Shown here: one piece after another, positions 1 to 13,000 of the stretch
Layout of the letters: the number at the start of each line of letters is the position of its first letter
Numbering within the stretch: position 1 is the first letter of the stretch
Source of the DNA: Trichoplax adhaerens
Lineage: Eukaryota; Animalia; Placozoa
DNA length: 64,000 nucleotides
Assembly (NCBI RefSeq): GCF_000150275.1
Contig: NW_002060944.1
Span: 6,930,245-6,994,244, forward strand
Direction: 5' to 3'
The notes under the pieces: model-generated
Told to the model about the DNA's origin: nothing
Seen by the model: only the letters and a program-made list of their open reading frames with translations
Database searches by the model: none
Translations under genes and position numbers: made by a program

Positions 1-97
1 AAAGTATGCTTTTTTGGCCAGCTAACGTTAAGCGAGTGATTATGACTAAGCCGGATAGACCTTTAATTTATGGTGTACAATGTTAATGCAATGATAG

Positions 98-623
98 GTC
101 CGGTTATTGCTTAGGAGTCTCGAAATTACAAAAACAATTAACTTTAAAAAGAAAATACTCTCCAGTACTAAATCCTTACTTGAAGTTGATGGACTTAGAG
201 ATATTGAAACAAATATCGATGCTGAGAAGAAAAGGTATTTAGCAAAGTGGAAATAAATTCAATACGTCAAAATCTGCAATAAGTGCGGATCACTTAATTA
301 ATTTTGCCTTTTGAAGTATTAATTTAATTTTAAATACTTTTATGGTTAATTATAGATTAAAAGAGTTAAAGGATCAACTCCGTCGACAAAGTGAAGTAGT
401 AGCAGAAATAGCTAATTACCTACGATTAGATGAGGAAGATGAAGGCATGATAGAAGAAATGGTTTTGGAGAGTAGAGTAGACAACTTCACACTAAGTCCT
501 AGGATCGATACTATTGATGGTCCGCAAAATGTTGAGGATATAGTTGGCTCTCCACCTCCTGACCAACCTCACAGTGAACCTGATGGTACAGGAGATGTTA
601 GTGAGGAAATTGCTCGTCTGTAG
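98..623 (+). CDS. Last two exons (98-234, 356-623) of an upstream gene, probably a TRPA-family channel paralog (C-terminal coiled coil); gene begins before the window
   Basis: AG/GT-bounded 137-nt exon (VRLLLRSLE...DAEKK), a phase-2 intron splitting Arg, then RLKELKDQLRRQSEVVAEIANYL...RL*. Exon length (137 nt) and phase equal the penultimate exon (17774-17910) of the downstream TRPA gene. The peptide resembles the TRPA1 coiled coil RLKDLTFLLEKQHELIKLI. Confidence 0.65.
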
Positions 624-3600
624 AGATAGTATATATCGCAAGAAGGATTGTCTGAGATTCGTATGTTTTAAAATTGGCCAAATTATCTGTAGAAGTTAAA
701 TCAACGATTTGCATCGTTATATGATTTATTCTCAGCAGCTTGTGCGACTGCTTCTCAATCAATTTATTTTTCTACTTTTACTATCTTGTTACATAAACTA
801 TAATGGAAGTGCTAATATATATTTGAACTTATTATATCCATGACTATTTTTGTCAGTATGCGTAAGTACTCTATATATTTAATACTGTTTATCAGTGCAT
901 ATCTTGAGTAATATTTCTCTTATAGAGTTTTTCGCCTGATCGAACCTAACACTTAACTTTATATGAAAGTTGCGCCGTACACTTATAATTGTTCAGTCGT
1001 ATCAGTTATACTGTACTATATAATATATACTAATGGATTTAGCGTCAATTTTTATAATTAATTTTCATCAGATTATAAGGGATAATTTTAAAACACTCTC
1101 ATTAACCCTTGAAAGTTTATAATTTAAACTGATTGAATCTGGCATAGATTCAATTTGTGTGTTTCATTCTCCATGTACGTATTTTAATGATATAGTAATA
1201 TAATGTTATCATTGATTCTTTATGATGACTTTGTTTGGTTCTAGTTGTTATAAGTTGTAATCTAATTATGTCAATGAATTTGGTATTTAAAGTTAAATGT
1301 TATAAAGACTCATTGAGATTGTTAACTTCGTCGATACCAACTGTAAAAGTAAATAACTAACTTAAAACTTTATAATGCAATGTATACATTTGCTGATTCA
1401 TTTAATTTTAATTAGAGACAGATCTTTAACAAAAATAAATGATTAATGTAGTCCGTCTAATGAGAAGACTCTTAAAAGGAAAACACTAATTAAAAATATG
1501 TAAAAGAGTACTTTTAAGTAATTACTGTATTTTTCGCGACGCGCAAGGAAAGGTTCATCTATCACAGTGCTTGCTCATGTTGTCTTTCCTTTATATTGAT
1601 GCAGAAATTAACGCTTAATGCCGGTGCTCGGACTAAAATTTTGCCAGATCAACTAGCCATCGCCATAATTGAGCTTCATAGATAGATTCATTCAGATAAA
1701 GTCTCATAGCAGCAGCTTTAAATAGCCGTTCCAGAGCATAATAACCTTTGCATAGTTAACCTATTAGACATCAGTTAGCACATGAGTTGTACAAGACTTA
1801 CTGTATATTTAATATTTACCATAATGTACCTCATCAGATTTAAGCCATTTACTAATTAAGAAAGGATTCTTTCAGAAGTTTGGGTATATGTTAATACGTG
1901 TAACAAGGCAATATCCTGTATAACGTAAAAAATACGCTTTGAATGACTAATAATATAATTTAAATGTCATAATTCGCTTAAAATTAAATAATCATATTAA
2001 AAGAGATGTTTACTCTATTAATTAGCTCCATTATATCAGAAATTCATTTATCTCTTGGTGCAACAGCAATGTAAAAAACATCTAAACTGAATATGATAAA
2101 TTGGTACTATCTGCAGTCTATACTTTCGGTGCTGGAAGATCTAGAAATGATTTCAATCCAAATCTTCAATTCGTATTGCCATATATAATAATATTTTACA
2201 TCCATATTTGAAATTTTAGTGTGTCCTTTATCCAATTTTGATACTTTAAAGTAATCTCGTGATTGAATATTACTGTAGTTGCTTACAAATTATTGAAATA
2301 GTTTAAGTTTGTTCAGTTACAGTCATTAAAAGGCTTTAATTTTATCAAGATATTGTTGTTTACTGTCGGAATCTTTGATACCCAACCGCTACTGATTTCT
2401 CATTGAAATAGAATTACACCTTGCATTAATATTCTTCAGATCGTGTTATTATTGATTTAGACATCTACGTAACATTTTATTTCAAGTTACCGCATGGTTA
2501 TAGACCGTGTCTTGAATAGACAATTTACCTCTAAGCTTAATCATAACCCAAAGAGATCCAGTACTGTTTATATCATGAATATCTAAAATAGCGATTAACT
2601 TTACAAGTTTAGATAATATATCTTGTTATTAATGTATTCATCTGAACTTTGATCAGTATGGAAGTTTGCGAGCTGAAATATATGATGATAAATGCTACTA
2701 TTTTTACGAATATTTAATCAACAGTTGAAGGCTATAACGGTTATTTAAAGATTTCATATCCTAACCACCTATACTAGTCGAACGATTAACTATTATAAAT
2801 AGTGATTAATTTTTACGCTCCCATATTTATCATACTTTCCGTTGTTTACATGTTTACCTAAGCTTTGATAAGTTAGTAGTGAAATTTAATAAAAGTTTGT
2901 TCTTGTTGATACTAGGAGACAGTAAATACTGCCATTCAGATTGAACCAACAGCCGAATGCCAGTTTAGCTGATGATTCTACCACTGCACTAACTTCTTGG
3001 CAAAGTCTTTTTTAAAATGCTATGACGTTTTCTTCTACGGTATTTAAAGGTCGATTACTGCATTTCTTTGATGTTGTTATAGGTGCAAGTTGGTAAATAA
3101 TAGCTAATTAGATTATCGTACTGGATTTACAAGTATTACTAGCTTCTATCGAAGTATCGAATGTTCATAAATTTTCAAGACCACTATTTCCAGGATATGT
3201 CTGAGTATATAAAGTGTTCTATCAAAGGATCTCCGCAATACTCATCTAAGACTACTTCAATCCAAGCCTAGTAAGGGCAATACTTACAAGAATACTACCG
3301 AATGATCAACAGTCTTTGGATTACCTTTCAAGTTTGCCTGTTCAATGGAGGTAGGGCTAATATTTGTAATTAGTAATTTTAACATAAAAAGCTTAGGCCA
3401 GTTAAAGACTATTCTGTTTTTTGGGCGTAATAATAACCTGTGCAGATGGGATGGATAGAGAAATGATTTCAACTTTTCAACTTGCTCGATCTTTTAACGT
3501 CCTATTTACTTCTAGAATTAGGCTTACAATGCTATCATCCAATATTTATCATTTTCTAACCGTATACTTACCGTAAATTATTATATTCATACAGAATTAT

Positions 3601-4254
3601 ATCAATTTTTAAGCAGAGATGGCGTTATGCACTGCACATGACAAATTACAATTAATGTATATCGTTGTTGTAATGCTTCATTAAACTCTTAATAATCTTC
3701 AATTTCCTCCATTATTACTATTTTGACTTAATCACTTTAGAAAGTAGTAACTTAAACTGACAGATGATAACGATTCATATTGCAATATAAATTTATTGAT
3801 TAAATTACCATCGTTATCTCTCTAAGCGGATCATCATATAAAATCTTTAAATCCCACTTTTACATTTCTCCTCATTTATGATATCTTAGTAGGTCATTAG
3901 TGGATTACTTGCTGATGATATCAAGACAGCCTAGAGTCTGTTTTGGTTGTAATGTGGTATCCTATTTTATCCTATTCATATCACCATTCTTAATGCTATC
4001 AATTAATCGATTAGGCAATACGCGCATGAAAGATTGGAAATAAATCATAACATGTAGCTAATATTAAAATAAATGATGTCGTCGTTTCCTATTTCTTCAT
4101 CTTATACGTAAATCTCTCCTTCATTCGTACTATCTTAATAAGATATTAACCGACGCCAAGCTATTCATTAGAGATACTAAGACCATATATGCAGAATAAA
4201 ATTGTCTTGTATCTATCCGATCCATACCATCTTAGTTGGTCGATTATTAAGGAG

Positions 4255-5310
4255 TGTAAAAATCGAAAATCAATTACAATATGATAGCTAATAATATCAA
4301 ATTAGATCAGAATCAATTTTAGTTCTCTTCTCTCTACCCGGGTATTAAATCCAATCAGTCGTTGTCAACACTTGTCAGCTCTCTTCATTCTACTGACATC
4401 TACATCATTTTTATAGAATATTAAGAGATGCCAAGATAACTATCATTATTAGCAGTAAGATAACCTACAGTCTATTCTATCCTATCCATTTTCTATTTAT
4501 TACTCAAATGAACAGTATTAAAATCAGAAATCGATCGCAACGTGGTGGCCAATATCCAATTGGAGTCCATTTTAGTTATACCGTCAATGCACTTATCGCC
4601 CTGGACCAATACAACCAGAGGATATTTCACCAATTAGCAATGCTAAGATAGCTCGCCATCTGTTCTGATTAAAAACAAAGTTCCATTCTATTCCCATCCA
4701 TATTCTGCTCATTATATGATTAAGCAATAAGAAAATCAGACATCAATCATAATTTGATGGTCGATATCGAATCGGATTCAAAATTAATTCTTCTCTCCCT
4801 ATGTTTCAATCCAATTCATCTGCATCTATGCGGTTCTTAGATTCACTTCATTTTGCAAGCGCATTTTTTTAACCTACAATACTACTGCAATTAACTGAAA
4901 TCACTACACTCTGCAAAGGTAATTTATAATCAATCTATTTTGAGTATAAACGAAGTTACAGTCTCTGTTATCCTATTGATATTCGTATGATTACTCGACT
5001 GAACAATATGAAGATCAAAAATCAATCATGATTTGGTAGTCAAGATCAAATCGGATTTAATTCTGCTTAATCTCTGTTTGCGTCGGAATCTGATTCATCC
5101 CTACTTGAGCCTTCACCCTTTCTGCATCTACAAGCATACCGTCTCTAATAGAATGATATTCCATTGATCAGCGACATTAAGATAGTTTACGATTAGTCCA
5201 TCTTAGTTATAAATAAAATTATATTCACATTCGATTTATTACTCGATGGATCAGTATAAAGATCAAAGATCACTCCTGATCTGATAGTCATATCGAATTA
5301 GCGTTCCATT
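4255..5310. repeat. Degenerate tandem repeat, about 5 copies, roughly 210-280 bp spacing
   Basis: Related core aaaatc(a/g)aaaatcaatcatgatttgatagtc..atcgaatcggatt recurs near 4258, 4521, 4732, 5013 and 5261. Confidence 0.55.
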
Positions 5311-5570
5311 TTACTTCTTCTCCAACCTTTGATAAAAACATTTACAACCTTAAATCAACTATCTAACGCAACTTGTATATCCCTGATATCAAAGGCGTGG
5401 TCTAATTAGAAAAACAAAAGACAAACATCTTAACAATATGTTTCTATCATTGATGGAAGAAAGAATAGTAACAGTCTTGCTGCACCATTCTTATACAAAC
5501 CCTTGACAAATATTTCAGTCCTAGGTAGATCAACCAATGGATACAATCATCCATTTTCCCTGTATCTAGA

Positions 5571-5594
5571 CCCTAACCCTAACCCTAACCCTAG
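5571..5594. repeat. Short interstitial telomere-like tract (CCCTAA)3CCCTAG
   Basis: Read directly as ccctaaccctaaccctaaccctag, the complement of the metazoan TTAGGG repeat. Confidence 0.7.
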
Positions 5595-7074
5595 ATAGTA
5601 GTCAAATTATATTAACCGCAGTACTATCTATCCATTATTAGGAAAGAGTGAAGAATAGATAAGGTCAAATTTATCTTGTAATTGTGATGATAACATTATT
5701 TCACAAATAGATTACTAACCTATTTAGATATCAGCGCCGCATTTATTCCAACGCTATCGTGATTATCCTTCATCCATTAGAAAGTTTTTTAAATTATAGC
5801 CAGGCAAGTGGCAAGGTAAAGGATAAAAGGTAAAGTCAAATTAACCTGGAAAGTTTCTATCAATCAATGAATTTATTGTGTGTTTCAACCATAACAGAAA
5901 AATCAACACATGATGCCAAGAATCCTTCTTGTTAACGATTGTTTTATTTTTTATTAAATAGTAATTACAATCAATAAATTAGGTTTTAACACGACCCAAT
6001 CATTCGCATTGTATCGATAATTTTTCATCTTTCGTCGGCAAGCAAAGCTTGCTAGTCATTTCTGCGATATATTGGGTAATCCATTTGACAATCTCTATTT
6101 CAAGAAATTCAATCTAAACTAAATCAACTTCTATTGTTATAAATAGTTTTTAAAAGCGATGCGCTCCCTGTCTTTGCAGACTTGTAACAATCTTCTATTT
6201 TATTTATTATGTCATCAATCGATAAAATTAATTACACATTGATCAATTTATTTTTATAAAACACCCAAAGGTTATAATCACATCAACCAGATCAATTTCT
6301 ACACCATGAAATAATTAAGCAGTGCTATGAATCGAATAATGTCCTCTAAAGTATACGTATACAGTAAAGGTAGAGTTATGGTCTAGTTCGGGTTAGCATC
6401 AATTTTTAGAGACGTAGTAAGCAATCAATTCTAGTTACCTCGATTATTTCAAATCTATTTAACTAAGAGAGATAGAATATAGTGTTAATAGTGTCGCTTA
6501 ACATTGGATTACGTTGGGGAAATGAACGAAATATTGTGCTCTTAAGCTATAACACTACATGATACAACATACCGTTACTCGATTATTATCATCATTTCTT
6601 TCTATACTACACCGAACAAATCCACTTAGGATATATCTTCCACTCGAAAAATCGATTTTCAATTTACTGTCGTCGCTTATGATTGTAAGTTAATCATATC
6701 AAGAGAGAAAAATTGATAATTGACTACTGCTGATCTGAATATATTAGATAGTTTATTGGCAATTTAAATGAACAGCATCGATAAAATCATCTACCGATGC
6801 TGCAGTAATGGATATCACAACTAATCACAACTAATCACACTGCCACTGATCGTTTCGAATGATTGCAAAATTGGTTTAATTTTATTGCTCATATGGATGA
6901 AACAATGATAAGTCGACTATTAATATACACGTATGCTAAAGGCTATCGAATTGACATTCCTATTTTGACCTGTGATTGGTCTCCTGCTCTGTTTTTATAA
7001 ACATGATCTAACTTTGACATCGATCATCCATGTTAAAATAGTCGGTGCATGGGCATGCGCTTAATTTGAGCAAA

Positions 7075-10000
7075 ATGGCTCGCAAGTCTACTCGTAAGGT
7101 TAATAAATTAATCCATCTTGGTTGGGAAAATTTTATTTAGAATTGATGGATCAAGATCTAGCTCGTATATTAGCAAAATCTGTTCTTAATTTACCTTGCC
7201 ATATTTGATTCTATCGAATACTTGGAGCTGTCATGAAATAATACTAATTCTACCATTTCAGTGCTGATTTCGTTGTTATTAATCTTTATTTTATTTAGCC
7301 CAAGATGTCTGGCAGGAAAAGAACCAGCGATATATTAATGGATTCATTGCGAATTGTTTCCTTTAAGGAAGCTCCATCTTTGCCATCCAAGTATCATGGT
7401 GTAAAGTCAACACTAGGATCAGGAGCCAGTAAAACCATCGATTTAGTACTGGTAAGAAAGACAGAACCCTTTGCTTTCCTGATGAAGACGATTATTTTCC
7501 TAGTAAACAGATGATTAATATATACGGGATAGAACAAGTTTTACGTCATCCTAGTATTACTCATTCTAGCATTTTTACACTCAAAATACACCCGATATGG
7601 CAGATCGGTCTATTGAAATAGAATTATTATAAATATCAGTATTGTTACTGGTAGTAATTTTGTTAGGCTACGATAAATGTTAAAGTTCTGTCATTATCGT
7701 GACAAAGCAAGGCGAATAAGAGTAAAAACTATGTATAAGCTGAAATGAATATTTCTAGTAATTCAGCTCGATCATGATTATAGTTAAAAGCTTTACTGAA
7801 TCTCGAGTCTTTCAAAAGCAAAATGATGCACAAGCTGATATACAAATATCCAGAAATTCAGTTAGATCATGGCTACAGTCAAAGCTTTAGTCTATCCCTG
7901 TCCTATAAAAGCAAAACGATGTATAAATCGAAATGGATATTTCTATTAATTCAGTTAGATGGTGATTGTAATTAAAGCTTTAGTAAATCCCTATCATGCA
8001 AAGTAAAACAATCGGCTAATAGTACTATAAATATAGAGTTATGAAAATTGTTTATAAAAATTCAAGACGAAGAATTGGTTAAACTATATATTTCGTATTT
8101 GATAGTAAAAGGAAATGAAAACCTGATTTCTACATGTCATTCCATAGCCTTTCAACTTTTTTAGTCATCTTATGGATAATACCGTAGTATTCTTAGCAAA
8201 GTATAGGCCCAAACTACCTTCAACGATAGCATAGAAAGACATGAACAGAGTCCGATTAAAGTTGACTGCATAACGCATTATACTGTACATACTGTAGTTA
8301 AGATAGTCATCAGTTAGGAGGAATTTGAAATAAATCATAGGTAAAATATATCGTGACTGACGATCTTACAAGCTTGAATTGCTTTATAAAACATGGCATG
8401 ATCACAGTATGATCAGTTGATCACTATTCGTAACTATTATATTTGAGGAATAGCCTATTGAGCTTGTTGACTAAAAAATTGAAACACATCCTATCACTAT
8501 TTGACAACTAGCTCCCGTTCTACTGTGGAAATTAAATTTAATTCTACAAACCGTACATATTTTTATTCATATTTGAAATGTTAGATGCATAGTATGGATA
8601 GTAATGATAGAAAACTGTCGCTCTACTTTCGAGAAATAAAACGTAAATTCAACATTGATCATTACACCATTAGCCGAAACTGTAGCATCGTTATTGCTGT
8701 CCTCAAATTCAAGCAATGCCAATAGAATAACGATCGATTTTTTTGAAGAGGACACATCGTTCAAAATAGACTTCAAAGTCGTTGCCCTTGGTTCAATTAA
8801 TCAATCATCTCGCCTGATTTTATCTAGGCTGCTCGAAACGGAGATTCTCAAGCTATTCAAGTCATTGCACAAGATCTAAATGATCCATTACCTATAATTA
8901 ATGCCTGTGATAAAGATGGTTTCTCTCCTCTTCATTATGCTGCACATTATGGCCACCGAGATGTAATTTCTACCCTAATCCGTTTTGGTGCAGGTATGAT
9001 TTTTACAAATAATATCATATCTTGAATTCAATCCCAGTATTTATGCTTTATAGTATTGGAGAATAGTTTAACATTTATAGGCTGCATTAGATTTATGATG
9101 TATTTAAATGATTTTAGTTGTCATATTAGTATCAGCTTTTCCTATGGTACCATCTTCCTTTATTTCAGTATCGGCGATTGCTTCATAATCTTTTAAAATC
9201 TTTATCAGGGCCTTAAGCAAACATTTTATCACAATGGCCTTAAAGTTATATATTGAGACACCTAAAACTATAAACTATTAGTTAATATTCTCATATCTTT
9301 CAAATGACCTATAAAGCTAGTTAGGAAATGATTAAATGAAGTTTAAAACATTTAATCTCGACCAAAATTGTTCATATTTGCTAGATAGATTTTAAGATCT
9401 TCTTATTTGTTGAGCTACTTTTGACTATACCTCTAAATATGAACTTAACTAGATATTAAAAGAATTATATGTCAGTTCTTTCCCATAAGCAAATTAGAAT
9501 CACATTTTATAATGTAAAGTATTTTTGCATCAGGTTCTAATTTTTATTCATAACTATTATTGACCCTTTTTAAATCATCTATTTTTTCATATTTTTATAA
9601 ATATATCAAGATCCCAACATTAGAGGAAAAGAAGACCAGACACCAATGCATTTGGCAGCAAAGTATAATGCTACTGATGGTTTACTTGAATTAATCGCCA
9701 ATAAAGCAGATGTCAATGCAAAAAACCAATTTGGCCTGACTCCGCTCCATTTTACAAGCCGACGTGATTTTGTGGAAGCTACAAAGGTACAATAAAGTGG
9801 CAACGTTATCGAATATTCGAGGTGTATAAGATGGCTTAATTAGGTTTAATTGAATATGAGCATCTCCTTACTTCTTATGACACAGATATTACTTCTTGAT
9901 GGGAAAGCAAATCCTAATTCTACTGACAACGATTTATCAACACCACTACATGGAGCAGCTGCTGGCGGAAATCAAGCTGTTTGCAAACTCCTAGTAAGTC

Positions 10001-13000
10001 CACCATGAAATAAATAGCACAAAAGTGATTGCTTTTGCTACTTGTTAGTAAAAATTATGAAACTGTCATAATCACTAGTTAATTTTTTTATCTGAACATT
10101 CTAAACACGTAGTTGGAAAATAAAGCAAGTATTCTAATGAAAGCTCGTGATCAATCAACACCACTGCATTCTGCAGCTATTTCTGGAAGCACAAATATTA
10201 TGCGCTTTATCTTCCTTGTAGGTTAGTACATCTTGTGTATAATTCAAAATTAGCTAGCGTAAGTTATTTTGCTTTTTTGGTCAATTATTATTGATATCTG
10301 GTGAAATAATAAAGATCCATAGTACTGATAATTTTTATCTCTTTCTTCGCAGCTGCTAACTTTAATCGGACAACCTTGGAATTAGTCGATGAATTGGATG
10401 CTTTAGAGAATACACCATTGCATTTAGCTGTGCAAAATGGCAACTATGATGTAAGTCATAATTAGTCCTTTACATATAAAAACTTATACAAATGTATCAG
10501 GCCTAGCATGGAAATACATATAGTACTATATTATCGAATAATTCAGACATCAGTATAGCTACAGCTTAAATTAGTTAATAGTTCATGTAATTTGTAGATA
10601 CAGAATTAATAAAGGTTACCAGTCAATTAAATGTTTGATATCATTTATCGCTAAATGATTGTCCTGCTGGTAGGATCGACTGAAAATTTCATAAATATAT
10701 CATTGATTAATATCTCATTGCATTAAATATACATAATGTAGGCCGTCCAGCTATGTCTCAATTATGGAGCTAATCCCAACTCTCAAAGGGTAGGATAGGA
10801 CAAGGAATTGCCACTGTTGTAGGATAAGATAAAGAGTTGTTACTGTTATAGAATAAAATATAATTCATTTTAAGTTACAAATACCTTAATACCCACTCAA
10901 TGCTATTAAATATCATATAATCCTTTTCCATGACATTAGCTAATAATTCTAGCCAGAATAACATTTCTATCCATTAATTAATTATTAATTCTCTCCGATG
11001 CATTTATTGCAGTACAATCAAGCGACACCATTACATTTAGCTGCTCAATTTGGACATCTAGATATTGCAAAATTACTAGTGCAAAAGAAAGCAAGATTAA
11101 ATGTTATCGATCGCGATCGTAGGACACCAATGCATAAGTAATTTCTGTATATTGATGAATAAATTTAAAATGCGGATTACGAAAGTATATAAATGGATTG
11201 TTCTAATCACTTTATTTGATTTAAAAACTTTTATCGATATTGCTAATTTATCCTTCTTCTTTACAATTAATTTAATAGATGCGCTCTAACAAACAAATTG
11301 GATATAATCAAATTCCTAGTTGAAAAGGTAAGAATTGACTCATCATTTTAGGAATAGAACGGTAATAAAATAATTACTACGATAATCCTAGTAATCTATC
11401 GTTGCCATGACTCTTCCTTGTAGAAAGCAAACATTGACATTAAAGATGCAGAACGATTTACACCCTTTATGTGCGCTTGTTGGATGGGAAATTTAGAGAT
11501 TGCTAAGTATTTAGTTGAACAAGATTGTATTATTGACTCAGCAGATAGTTCCAATCGATTATGCATCCATTGGGCTGTTAAGGGACATCATTCGGAATTG
11601 CTTTATTATCTACTAACGGTAATTTTCCCACTATTTTATATTCATGTAAATCAAAATGATATCACTACAACCTACAGAAATCTTTCATAATAGCTACAGC
11701 ACTGTTGCATATCAACTTCGAAGGGCTTGTTGCTGCTGCTATTTCTAGTTTTTTACAATTGTTTAAAATAAGTGGATCAAGATAGGATTATATAGATCTG
11801 ATTTCCACATATTGTCTACAGATTGGATGCTCACAACTCATTGATAGGACCGATTGGAAAAATCAGACGCCATTACATTATTCAGCCAGTAGGGGTGATA
11901 TTGAGGTAGCCAATAAATTGCTGATACAGCTGTTAATGAATCTTGACTTCACTAGAAATCATTCATTTCAAAATCGATCGTGATGTTTAATTATTTTAAA
12001 AAATAATCTCTTGTTACTAGATAGTACAGATTCTCCTCGAATATGAGGCTTCTCTTACCTCTAGAGATGATGAAGAGAAAATGCCACTGCATTTAGCAGT
12101 CGAGTAAGTATATCACATTTCAAGTTAGTCTGATCTGGCTTATATTTTTCATCGTAAAAACAGATATTGTTAATGTATAAGATATTTTATCCTGCATTGT
12201 ACTTAAAGTCTTCAATTGAGTAAAAATTCTTCAAATATGGATTAGTAATTTAAAATTAGATTAGTCAGTATTCGAGTATTTATCCATGACTATGAGGTTA
12301 TATTCTCTCGTAGCGACATTTGGATCAACTACGGTATTACTTCAAGGTATTGATTTAAATACATTATCACACCGATTTAGGAACGGCCATCACCTTGTTG
12401 CTGTTACATTAATTGATGCATTGCCGGGTGTTATTAATTGTCGTGATGAAGGTGGTCGAACACCGTTACATTTAGCAGCAATGCATGGACATTTGTATAC
12501 TGTGAAAGAATTAATTGAAAGAGGAGCTGATATTAATAGCAAGTAAGCTGCCAATAACTAATTAATCAGAGTACGCCATGGAAAAGTATAATTTATCCTG
12601 CTGATAGCGATCATTTCATTTTTCGCTGCTGTATTTTGTACTAGATAAAATTGAGTAAATTATTAATAATTTGCCAATATCATAATAGAGACGATAGAAG
12701 TTGGACTCCACTTGATTACGCTGCGAGTAAAGGATTTGCAGATATGATTGATCTATTACTTCGAAATTACGCTGCTATCCATTCCGTGGATAAAAATAAG
12801 GTCTGTTAATTACTGATAATGGCTTTAAAATTTATATCAGTCTTGATATAAAATGCGATTATGTTTTATTTAGTATTCCTAGTCTATACCAATACAGTAT
12901 ATAGTACTTGTGAAATTATACTATTACTCATTCTATCGATAAGATAACATATCTGGTAAGTAATGACTTCTATAGCAGTGTCAAATCTTGCTACCAATGG

